54,298 bases of DNA from Candidatus Woesearchaeota archaeon (GTDB lineage Archaea > Nanobdellota > Nanobdellia > Pacearchaeales > GW2011-AR1), in the NCBI GenBank assembly GCA_964482915.1, contig CAYZYU010000001.1:34266-88563 (forward strand), in the 5' to 3' direction. Below, piece by piece: positions 1 to 7,541 of this stretch. The translations under genes were made by a program, and so were the position numbers. Positions within the stretch are counted from its first letter, which is position 1; every line of letters starts with the position of its first letter. The notes under the pieces are model-generated. The model saw only the letters and a program-made list of their open reading frames with translations. It searched no databases and was not told where the DNA came from.

Positions 1-49
1 ATATAACATTTATTAATTAAGAAGAAGATGTTTTTAATTTTATTCTTAT

Positions 50-418
50 TTATTCTTCTTTATTTTTCCACAAACCATGCAGATTGCAATAAGCTCTTGC
101 ACTAATAACCTTAAATGAGAATTTTGCTTCTGGTTTTGAATCTGGCTTAAGGAATACTTTTGCAATTTCCCCGGTTTCAGAAGTTGCTTCAATCCATTCA
201 ATATAATGTTCAGCGGTCATAGGATGTTTTTCCGAACCTATTTTTACTTTTTTTCCATCAATTACTGGAACATGTTTTTCTAGTGAAGCATCAACTGTAT
301 TTTCTTTTTGAAGTTTCATTGGTTGTCCGCAGCAGATTAAAACCCCTCCGCCTTCATGTACAACTTCAATAATATTTCCGCATATTTCACATTTGTATAT
401 TTCTCCTTTTTCTGCCAT
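50..418 (-). CDS. dfx: desulfoferrodoxin (2Fe superoxide reductase)
   Basis: 122-aa ORF. N-terminal desulforedoxin-type Cys cluster (CEICGN...ICCGQ) and C-terminal neelaredoxin-type residues (EKHVPVI, HPMTAEHYIEW, CNLHGLW). Recognised by eye. Confidence 0.9.
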   Translation of the reverse strand: MAEKGEIYKCEICGNIIEVVHEGGGVLICCGQPMKLQKENTVDASLEKHVPVIDGKKVKIGSEKHPMTAEHYIEWIEATSETGEIAKVFLKPDSKPEAKFSFKVISARAYCNLHGLWKNKEE

Positions 419-429
419 TTTAAGAATAG

Positions 430-1011
430 TTAATAATTTTCCTCCAGAATTTCATAATATGATTGAGGGTGCTTACATGCAGGACATTCATCAGGAGCTT
501 CTTTTCCTTCATGAACATATCCACAGTTTTTACATATCCACTTTACTACTTTATCCTTCTTGAAAACGTTTCCTTCCTCAATATTTTTTAGAAGTTTCCT
601 GTATCTTTTTTCATGATGTTCTTCGACTTCCCCAATTTCTTTAAATGAATCTGCAATTTCTTTGAAGCCTTCTTTTCTTGCTATCTTCTCAAATTCAGGG
701 TATAATTCACTCCATTCCTCTTTTTCTCCATTTGCAGATGCAAGAAGATTTTCTTTTGTTGTCCCTATTTTACCCGCAGGGTACATTGCAGTTATCTCAA
801 CTGGAGAGCCTCCAGACTTTTCTAAATGTTTGAAAAAAACCTTTGCATGTTCTTTCTCATTATCAGCTGTCTCTGTAAATATGGCATAAATTTGTTCATA
901 TCCTTCTTTTTTTGCTACAGAAGCAAAATAAGTATATCTGTTCCTTGCTTGACTTTCACCAGCAAATGCTTTTAGAAGATTTTTTTCAGTTTGGCTTCCC
1001 TTTAAGTCCAT
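430..1011 (-). CDS. rbr: rubrerythrin
   Basis: Track ORF 430-1062 trimmed to ATG 1011 (MDLKGSQTEKNL). Ferritin-like diiron helices with ExxH pairs (NEKEH, VEEHH) plus a C-terminal rubredoxin-like CKNCG...CPAC. Confidence 0.9.
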   Translation of the reverse strand: MDLKGSQTEKNLLKAFAGESQARNRYTYFASVAKKEGYEQIYAIFTETADNEKEHAKVFFKHLEKSGGSPVEITAMYPAGKIGTTKENLLASANGEKEEWSELYPEFEKIARKEGFKEIADSFKEIGEVEEHHEKRYRKLLKNIEEGNVFKKDKVVKWICKNCGYVHEGKEAPDECPACKHPQSYYEILEENY

Positions 1012-1065
1012 ATTTATAGGATAAGTAAAAGGGTTTAAATATATTTTGGGTGTGAAGAACAAATT

Positions 1066-1725
1066 TTAGTTATGCATGATATATCTTTTTCCAGAAGGAG
1101 GTATAGGTTTTTGTCCAGCCCTTCTGCTTGGTCTGTTCTTGTTTGTTGGATCTTTGCTTCTTAATCCTCTTGATTTTTTAGCAGAACTTGTAAGTCCTCT
1201 GAAAACCCTATTTCTATTGGAACCTTTTCCTGTCCAATTTATAGATTTATCATTTTTTATCTCTGGTCTTTCTGGATCAACACAGATTACTTCATAAAAA
1301 TAATTTATACCATCTTTTCCGACTTCGTAAGAATTTAATATTTCTAGGTTTTTATGAGCATTTGCAACTCTTTGTTCTGCAATCCATTTGTAGGACATTT
1401 GTAGGTTTTTTCTGGTATGCATCCTTTTTCCTCTTCTTCCTTTAATAGGTCTTGGTCTGGTATGCCCCCCTCTTTTTACTCTTACTCTTATAACTATAAA
1501 CCCTGTCTTGTCTTTGTATCCAAGAGCTCTGGCTCTATCTAATCTTAATGGTTTTTCAACACTTACTTGAGCAGGTTCTTTTCTCCATTCTTCCATTCTT
1601 TTCATAAGAACTTTATTGTCTGGATTTTTCCAAGCTTGTTTTATATAATGATACATTCCATGAACACTTTTTTGAGGTTCTTGCTTTGTTTCATTTTTAT
1701 TTTCTTTTTGTTTCTTTTCTGCCAT
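1066..1725 (-). CDS. rpl15e: 50S ribosomal protein L15e
   Basis: MYHYIKQAWKNP, RLDRARALGYK, GFIVIRVRVKRGG and LNSYEVGKDG..YEVICVDP are typical of L15e. Lys-rich N-terminal extension; alternative start ATG 1656. Confidence 0.9.
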   Translation of the reverse strand: MAEKKQKENKNETKQEPQKSVHGMYHYIKQAWKNPDNKVLMKRMEEWRKEPAQVSVEKPLRLDRARALGYKDKTGFIVIRVRVKRGGHTRPRPIKGRRGKRMHTRKNLQMSYKWIAEQRVANAHKNLEILNSYEVGKDGINYFYEVICVDPERPEIKNDKSINWTGKGSNRNRVFRGLTSSAKKSRGLRSKDPTNKNRPSRRAGQKPIPPSGKRYIMHN

Positions 1726-1822
1726 GTTTATTTTAGAAAAAGTTCATTTAAAAAGCTTGAGGTTTAGTTTATATTCTATTTTTTTCAGAACAATTTATAA
1801 AGTTCAATTATTTTTTTTGTTT

Positions 1823-2329
1823 ATGAAAAAGAGTGTTAATAAAAAGATTAGTAAAGAGAAAATAACTCTGAACTTTCTTAAATTATCCAAGAATGCAGAA
1901 TCTCCAGAATATGCTCTTGGAACAGATGTTGGTTTTGACTTAAAAGCAATAGAAAATGTTAGCCTTTTTCCATTAGAACAGAAACAAGTTAGAACAGGAA
2001 TTGCAATTGAAGTTCCCAAAGGATATGTTGGACTTATTAGGGATAGAGCTGGAATTGTACAAAAGATGAATGTGCATACTGTAGCAGGTACTTTTGATAG
2101 TGGTTTTAGAGGAGAGGTTTCTATAATGCTTGTTAATTTGAATGATAAAACAGTTGAAATTGAAAAAGGGATGAGAGTTGCTCAAATAATCTTAATTCCT
2201 GTTGCAAGGGCTAAATTGGTGGAGGTTAAGAAACTTTCACAGACAGAGAGAGGAGAGAAAAGTTTTGGTTCTACAGGTATGAAGGAAATTATAAGAGAAT
2301 TGGATAAGATTTCTAAAAATAGCATTTAA
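1823..2329 (+). CDS. dut: dUTP diphosphatase (trimeric dUTPase)
   Basis: Track ORF trimmed to ATG 1823 (divergent from rpl15e). Motifs GFDL, GLIRDRAG, GTFDSGFRGEV and C-terminal RGEKSFGSTG. Confidence 0.85.
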   Translation: MKKSVNKKISKEKITLNFLKLSKNAESPEYALGTDVGFDLKAIENVSLFPLEQKQVRTGIAIEVPKGYVGLIRDRAGIVQKMNVHTVAGTFDSGFRGEVSIMLVNLNDKTVEIEKGMRVAQIILIPVARAKLVEVKKLSQTERGEKSFGSTGMKEIIRELDKISKNSI

Positions 2330-2335
2330 TTAATC

Positions 2336-2346
2336 AATGAGGCTGC
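2336..2346 (-). repeat. 11-nt copy of the tRNA-Ile 3' end plus trailer (GCAGCCUCAUU)
   Basis: aatgaggctgc at 2336-2346 is identical to 2417-2427. It lies about 70 nt downstream (minus sense) of the tRNA. Confidence 0.6.
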
Positions 2347-2418
2347 TGGGTTTTTCTTTTAAAAAAAGAAAAGCTACAATGTAAAAGAAAACTACAATTA
2401 TTTTCTTTAGAAAATAAA

Positions 2419-2493
2419 TGAGGCTGCACAGATTTGAACTGTGGACCCCTGCCTTATCAGAGCAGTGCTCTAGCCAGACTGAGCTACAGCCTC
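2419..2493 (-). tRNA. tRNA-Ile (anticodon GAU)
   Basis: 75 nt, hand-folded. Acceptor GAGGCUG/CAGCCUC, D stem GCUC/GAGC, anticodon stem CUGCU/GGCAG, loop CU-GAU-AA, T arm CACAG-UUCAAAU-CUGUG, discriminator A. No encoded CCA, no intron. Confidence 0.9.
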
Positions 2494-2517
2494 GTGTTGT
2501 TTCTTTTGAAGCTACTC

Positions 2518-2567
2518 TCAGGATGGCTTGTTCTTCAAGAACTTTAGCCAGACTGAGCTACAGCCTC
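2518..2567 (-). repeat. exact 23-nt copy of the tRNA-Ile 5' end fused to a conserved 27-nt hairpin element
   Basis: 2545-2567 is identical to 2471-2493 (GAGGCUGUAGCUCAGUCUGGCUA). 2518-2544 reads AAGUUCUUGAAGAACAAGCCAUCCUGA on the minus strand. It matches the element at 23579-23604 in 22 positions, differing only in the hairpin loop. Confidence 0.85.
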
Positions 2568-2591
2568 ATGTTAAATTCAAAAAAAGAGACT

Positions 2592-2599
2592 ATTTATAA
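2592..2599 (-). promoter_or_regulatory. TATA-like box (TTATAAAT) placed for a start at the outer tRNA-Ile 5' fragment
   Basis: Spans about -32 to -25 relative to the first G of the outer 23-nt fragment. No comparable box at -26 of the complete inner tRNA. Confidence 0.45.
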
Positions 2600-2614
2600 G
2601 TTTTGTGAGAATCC

Positions 2615-3304
2615 TTAATTTCCTTTAAATTCAAGAACTAGCACCCCATTGGATAAACCGTATCCAATTATTGGAAGGTTTATTTGTATGGATTTTGAAT
2701 AAGCTTTATCTTTGGAGATAGCTTTCATCTCTATGCTGTTTTCTAATGGAGTTATTGAAACATCTTCAATAGATTCTACTCCAGGAACTTCTATCTCATA
2801 AGTTATCTTGTCTGCAATTCTTTTTAAATCAGTTTTTGGTTCTTTTTTTGATAATTTGGAGAATCTTTTTATTTGTTCTTCTGAAAATCTTTTGAATTTA
2901 ATCGGATTTTGCTTTTGTTTTTCTCTTTTTTCAGAATTTTCTGAAACAGGCATACCATTATTAAGATCTATCTCTTTACCATTAATCATTAATCTTATTT
3001 TTGTTCTTGGTAAATTATTATTTTGGTTTTGAGGATTCTTCCTATCTCTTTCCATTTCTTTTTGCATCTCTTTCTCTAACATTCTCATTGTATTTGAAAG
3101 CATCTTGTTCATGAAACTTCCGCCCATTCCTCCAAACATGGAATTTGATAGAGCCTCAAACTCATTCATAGAATCATTATCTCCTAACATGCCCAAATCT
3201 TCCTTTCTTTGTTTATTATTAAAAGGAATTCCACAGCTAGGGCAGAACCTGCTATCTTTTCCTGTTTTTTTACCACATCTTTGACAAGTTTTTTTTGAGA
3301 ACAT
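2615..3304 (-). CDS. zinc-ribbon protein with C-terminal Hsp20/alpha-crystallin-like domain (tentative)
   Basis: N-terminal CQRCGKK...CPSCG, a Met/Gly-rich linker, and a C-terminal ~80 aa resembling an ACD beta-sandwich (YEIEVPGV, ITPLENSIEMKA, GVLVLEF). Confidence 0.5.
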   Translation of the reverse strand: MFSKKTCQRCGKKTGKDSRFCPSCGIPFNNKQRKEDLGMLGDNDSMNEFEALSNSMFGGMGGSFMNKMLSNTMRMLEKEMQKEMERDRKNPQNQNNNLPRTKIRLMINGKEIDLNNGMPVSENSEKREKQKQNPIKFKRFSEEQIKRFSKLSKKEPKTDLKRIADKITYEIEVPGVESIEDVSITPLENSIEMKAISKDKAYSKSIQINLPIIGYGLSNGVLVLEFKGN

Positions 3305-3407
3305 TTTATTTTTATAGAAGACCTGTTTTAAAAGGTTTGTGTATCATAATTCCCATTATATCTTTTGATATAACAAAAGTTATATACAATAATCGACTAT
3401 AGAAAAG

Positions 3408-3767
3408 ATGGATAATAACTATGAAAATTATAAGGAGAGACAGGTAAGATTTAATCACAGGAAATCAAAAAATATCTTGGATTGTAATGAATGGTGGTTT
3501 TTAGTTGTAAATCAGAATAGAGAGATTGAAGAAATACAAAATAGGATATTTAATTTGTTTGCTCCTATTAAAGAAGGCCCTGACTTTACCGAAGGAATTG
3601 TCTATGGAGAGGATTTGAGATATAAGCTGATTAACTTTGAATCTAGCCAAAAAGTTGAGGATTACAAAATAAGGGGAATTTATAAGAAAGTTCTTAGGGA
3701 TAGCAAATTATATTTTGGGGAAAAGAAAGATAGACTTCAAATTTATCTTGATGAGAAATTCAAATAA
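3408..3767 (+). CDS. hypothetical protein
   Basis: 119-aa ORF in an intergenic-sized gap with no recognisable motif. Confidence 0.6.
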   Translation: MDNNYENYKERQVRFNHRKSKNILDCNEWWFLVVNQNREIEEIQNRIFNLFAPIKEGPDFTEGIVYGEDLRYKLINFESSQKVEDYKIRGIYKKVLRDSKLYFGEKKDRLQIYLDEKFK

Positions 3768-3801
3768 TTAACTTTTTATACATGTTTTTTATAGTTCTTT
3801 T

Positions 3802-5238
3802 ATGGCAAAAAAATTTTATGTTACAACCCCTATATACTATCCAAATGACATCCCTCATATAGGGCATGCTTATACCACACTAGCAGCAGATGTCTTGGCT
3901 AGATGGAATAAACTACTTGGAAAAGAAGTATTTTTTCTTACAGGAACTGATGAACATGGGAAAAAGATAGAAAATATTGCAAAGGAAAATGGAAAAAAAC
4001 CAAAGGAGTTTATAGATGTACTAATACCTAAGTTTAAGGATGCCTGGAAAAAATTGAATATAGATTATAATTATTTCATAAGAACTACAGACCCCGATCA
4101 TGAAAAAGTTGTTAAGGAAGTTCTTAAGAAAGTTTATGATAATGGAGACATTTATCTTGGACAGTATGAGGGATATTATTGTACAGGTTGTGAGGCATAT
4201 TATACTGAGAAAGATTTAGTTGAAGGATGTTGTCCAATACATAAAAAGAAGATAGAATTGCTTAAAGAAGCAAGTTATTTTTTTAAACTTTCTAAATATC
4301 AGAAAAAACTCCTTGAATTATATGAAAAACACCCAGAATTCATTTTACCTAAAAGCAGAAGAAATGAGATAATCAATCGTGTTAAAGAAGGATTAAATGA
4401 TTTAAGTATTTCAAGGACAAGTTTTGATTGGGGAATAAAATTACCTTTTGATAGCAAACACATTGCTTATGTCTGGTTTGATGCTTTACTTAATTATTAT
4501 TCAGCAACCAAACTAAAAGGAAAACAGAAATTCTGGCCTACAGATGTTCATTTAATTGGAAAGGATATTATATGGTTTCATACTGTCTACTGGCCAGCTA
4601 TGCTTTTGTCTGCAGGGATTGAATTACCAAAAACAGTGTTTGCACATGGATGGTGGACTTTTGATAATGAGAAAATCTCCAAATCTAGAGGAAAAGTAAT
4701 AAATATTGATGAATTAATTTCCATAGCAGGGGTAGATTCTGCAAGATATTTTTTATTTAGAAATACTGCATTTGGTGATGATGGTGACTTTTCAGAACAA
4801 TCAGTAATTGATAGACATAATAACGAGCTTGCAAATAAACTTGGAAATTTAGTTTCAAGAGTTTCTAGTCTAATAGAAAAGAATGGAATAGAAAAATGTG
4901 AAAACAAACTTCTTAAAAAACTAAAAATAAAAGAAATAGAAAGGTTGTTTGAAAACTTTGAATTTGATAAGGTCTTGAATGAAATATTTGCATTCATTGA
5001 TTTATGTAACGAATATGTTCAAGAAAAAAAACCCTGGGAGACAAAAGATAAAAAAGTTTTATATGAAGTGGCTGATTCAATAAAATCAATTGCAATCTTG
5101 CTTTACCCATTCATCCCATCTACTTCAGAGAAGATTGCAAAGCAGTTTGGGTTTAAGATTGAATTCAAAAATATAAAAATTCCTCTTAATGAAAAGAATA
5201 AGATAATAAAAGGGGAAATTTTATTCCAGAAAATATAA
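3802..5238 (+). CDS. metG: methionyl-tRNA synthetase, catalytic core without C-terminal tRNA-binding domain
   Basis: Class I aaRS with HIGH-type PHIGHAYT, KMSKS-type KISKSRG and a Cys knuckle (CTGCEAYY..CCPIH). Ends after the anticodon-binding helices. Confidence 0.93.
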   Translation: MAKKFYVTTPIYYPNDIPHIGHAYTTLAADVLARWNKLLGKEVFFLTGTDEHGKKIENIAKENGKKPKEFIDVLIPKFKDAWKKLNIDYNYFIRTTDPDHEKVVKEVLKKVYDNGDIYLGQYEGYYCTGCEAYYTEKDLVEGCCPIHKKKIELLKEASYFFKLSKYQKKLLELYEKHPEFILPKSRRNEIINRVKEGLNDLSISRTSFDWGIKLPFDSKHIAYVWFDALLNYYSATKLKGKQKFWPTDVHLIGKDIIWFHTVYWPAMLLSAGIELPKTVFAHGWWTFDNEKISKSRGKVINIDELISIAGVDSARYFLFRNTAFGDDGDFSEQSVIDRHNNELANKLGNLVSRVSSLIEKNGIEKCENKLLKKLKIKEIERLFENFEFDKVLNEIFAFIDLCNEYVQEKKPWETKDKKVLYEVADSIKSIAILLYPFIPSTSEKIAKQFGFKIEFKNIKIPLNEKNKIIKGEILFQKI

Positions 5239-5285
5239 TATCTAAAATCTTTTAAAGTTCAGTTATCTTGATTTTATACTAAACA

Positions 5286-5630
5286 ATGGTAGAAGGTATT
5301 GTCGAATTCAATGAATGGCAGGTAATTGATTTAAGAGTAGCTGAAATAGTTCATATTGAGGATATTCCTGGGGCAGATAAATTATACAAATTGACTGTTG
5401 ATTGTGGTGAAGAGCTTGGAGAAAGAGTTATTTGTGCCGGAATAAAAGAGTATTATGATAAAAAAGAATTGAAAGGTAAAAAAATTATTGTTTTTGTTAA
5501 TCTTAAACCTAGATTGATGAAAGGAATAGAAAGTCAGGGAATGCTTTTGGCTGCTGTTTCAAAGGATCATTCTGAAGTTGTTTTGGTTTCCCCTGAAAAA
5601 GATATCGAGAAGGGTTGCAGGATAAGTTAA
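5286..5630 (+). CDS. stand-alone tRNA-binding OB-fold protein (Trbp111 / MetRS C-terminal domain-like)
   Basis: DLRVAEIV, GADKLYKLTVDCGE, RVICAGI and VNLKPRLMKGIESQGMLLAA are typical of the EMAPII/Trbp111 domain. Lies 47 nt downstream of metG. Confidence 0.85.
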   Translation: MVEGIVEFNEWQVIDLRVAEIVHIEDIPGADKLYKLTVDCGEELGERVICAGIKEYYDKKELKGKKIIVFVNLKPRLMKGIESQGMLLAAVSKDHSEVVLVSPEKDIEKGCRIS

Positions 5631-5633
5631 ACC

Positions 5634-6401
5634 TTACATATTAAATTTCATAATTCTCTTCCAGAATGGATATCTGTCTTTTTTAGAATTGTACTCTGCA
5701 TCGACTAATCTTGCGGCAATTTCTTTATATGCTCTTGATGCATCTGATCTTGGATGAGTATGGATTATTGCATCTTTTTGATTGAGTGCTCTTTTAATAT
5801 TCATATCTTCAGGAATCATCCCAAGTATAGGGGTTTCAAGCATATCTTTTACTGTTTCTGGAGTCATTTCTACATTGTCTTTTCTAACTCTTGTAACTAT
5901 AACTCCTGTAACTGGTTTCTTCATCTGTTCTGCTATCTTTATTGTCTTGAGAGCATCAGTTATTGCAGGCATTTCAGCATTAGTTATTATAATAATTTCA
6001 TCTGCCAAATCCATTGCTGCAAGAGCCTCATCTCCTAATCCAGCAGAACTATCCACAATTACATACTCAGATATATTTTTGAAATCTTTTTTGAAATCTT
6101 TTATTTTTTCTGGTTTTACTTTTTTTAGTTCTTTGATAGATAAAGAAGAAGGCATTACTTTTAGTCCTGATTTATGTTCATATACTGCTTCTCGTGGATC
6201 TGCTTTCCCAAGAAGAACATGATTTAAGTTTATAGGTACTTCTGGAGAATTAAGGTGAATTCCTACATTTGGGGTAGATAAGTTTCCATCAATTATTAGA
6301 ACGTCTTTTCCAAAGTAGTTTATAGCTGCACCTAAATTTATGGCAGTTGTTGTTTTTCCTACACCCCCTTTTCCTGAAGTTATTACTATTATCCGATTCA
6401 T
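5634..6401 (-). CDS. minD: MinD/ParA-family P-loop ATPase
   Basis: Deviant Walker A SGKGGVGKTTT, Walker B-like VIVDSSAGL, archaeal MinD length. Confidence 0.85.
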   Translation of the reverse strand: MNRIIVITSGKGGVGKTTTAINLGAAINYFGKDVLIIDGNLSTPNVGIHLNSPEVPINLNHVLLGKADPREAVYEHKSGLKVMPSSLSIKELKKVKPEKIKDFKKDFKNISEYVIVDSSAGLGDEALAAMDLADEIIIITNAEMPAITDALKTIKIAEQMKKPVTGVIVTRVRKDNVEMTPETVKDMLETPILGMIPEDMNIKRALNQKDAIIHTHPRSDASRAYKEIAARLVDAEYNSKKDRYPFWKRIMKFNM

Positions 6402-6428
6402 TTTATAAGTAAAAATAAGTTTTTATGC

Positions 6429-6872
6429 TTATTTTGACAGAAGAAATTGTTTTGTAGTGCTTATAAACTTTTCCAGCTTCTCTGCGTAATCCTTAAGTTT
6501 TTCTAAATCAACGTTTATCTCCTTTCCCTGATAAAAAATCCTTAGGGCCACGTTTTTTCTAAATTCACCTATTCTTTCAGTCCTAAGTTCATCAATTTTT
6601 CTGAACATCTCATACATTTCGATAACTTCTAAGAAATTCTTTTCTTTTTTGAATAATTTTTTTACTTCTTCTATCTTCCCAAGGGGACTTGAAGAGATAG
6701 CACTTATTTTTTTCTTTTTCTTTGCATGTTTTAGAATTTCTTCTATTGCGGTTTCAATCATTTTTCTCCACCGTAGAATAAGGTTCTTAATCACATCGCA
6801 AGTTTTTGTGTATTTTAAGCTTACATACAAAAGATGATCTGCACTGATTTTTTCTTGGATAATTTCTTCCAT
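6429..6872 (-). CDS. hypothetical helical protein
   Basis: 147-aa ORF co-directional with minD; no recognisable motif. Confidence 0.6.
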   Translation of the reverse strand: MEEIIQEKISADHLLYVSLKYTKTCDVIKNLILRWRKMIETAIEEILKHAKKKKKISAISSSPLGKIEEVKKLFKKEKNFLEVIEMYEMFRKIDELRTERIGEFRKNVALRIFYQGKEINVDLEKLKDYAEKLEKFISTTKQFLLSK

Positions 6873-7006
6873 TAATGAATTTGCCCCTTCCCCTCCTGTT
6901 TAAAGATACCCATTTAGAAGCGTTATTTACAAGGAGGCACTTATTTATATATCTTTTGCTGTTTTCAAGGAGTGAAAGTTTTTTGAGAATTTTGAGAAAA
7001 ATCTAT

Positions 7007-7342
7007 CTATTTGCTTAACTCTAAGATGGTTTCAGCTAAATCTCCGTTGTTTTTTTCAAGAGTTGCTCTGGCTTTCTTTTCTGAAACGCCTGTTTTTTCT
7101 ATAACAGTTTGAACATCTTCTTCAGATATTTCTTCTTCTCCAGATTCTTCAGAAATATCTCCTGCAATCTGGAAAGTTTCCTGCCCCTGCATCTTTATCT
7201 TGGTAACAGAAGGATTGTCAATTATTATTTTGGAATTATCTGTTTTTTCAATTATAACACGGGAAGCATCTATTTCTTCCTGAGAAATACCCATTTTCTT
7301 GAGCATTCCCTGCATTTGTCTTGGATCAACTCCTGGAAACAT
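7007..7342 (-). CDS. nac: nascent polypeptide-associated complex protein
   Basis: NAC domain (RVIIEK..IIIDNPSVTKIKMQGQETFQI) plus a C-terminal UBA-like helix bundle (SEKKARATLEKNNGDLAETILEL). Confidence 0.85.
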   Translation of the reverse strand: MFPGVDPRQMQGMLKKMGISQEEIDASRVIIEKTDNSKIIIDNPSVTKIKMQGQETFQIAGDISEESGEEEISEEDVQTVIEKTGVSEKKARATLEKNNGDLAETILELSK

Positions 7343-7343
7343 T

Positions 7344-7502
7344 TTAGAAAATATAAGGCATTGCTATTCTGAATGCAACGATTAATATTACAAATAATAC
7401 TACATGAGCTGGTTTTAAATTGATATAACTAGCATATTCTTCACTATAACGCATTAACCCTCCAAATCCTCCTGGAAGGTTGATTTTGCTGTCTGATGCC
7501 AT
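7344..7502 (-). CDS. preprotein translocase Sec61-beta (archaeal SecG)-like small membrane protein
   Basis: 52-aa ORF below the track cut-off, running from ATG 7502 to TAA 7346-7344. Sequence: MASDSKINLPGGFGGLMRYSEEYASYINLKPAHVVLFVILIVAFRIAMPYIF. GLMRY..E plus a single C-terminal TM is the Sec61-beta pattern. The stop lies 1 nt from the nac start. Confidence 0.7.
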   Translation of the reverse strand: MASDSKINLPGGFGGLMRYSEEYASYINLKPAHVVLFVILIVAFRIAMPYIF

Positions 7503-7541
7503 GAATATTTTAGAGAGAGATAGTTTTTAAAAGTTTGGTGA

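Noticed and set aside
2471-2567. The idea that the segment between the outer 5' copy and the inner copy is a non-canonical tRNA intron removed by the splicing endonuclease (tested likewise for 23532-23629).
   Set aside because: With duplicated boundaries, the two 4-nt central-helix strands of a BHB must be the same sequence and therefore palindromic. Only AGCU (positions 9-12) qualifies. The flanking helices required around it then do not pair (U8 opposite U16 or C16, and so on). I could not draw any BHB or relaxed HBh' motif, so splicing is not supported, although I cannot exclude it without a folding program.
2418-2618. Track ORF of 66 aa on the plus strand.
   Set aside because: It lies entirely over the tRNA-Ile gene, its duplicated 5' fragment and the promoter region. 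It is an antisense read-through of RNA-gene sequence with no coding signal.
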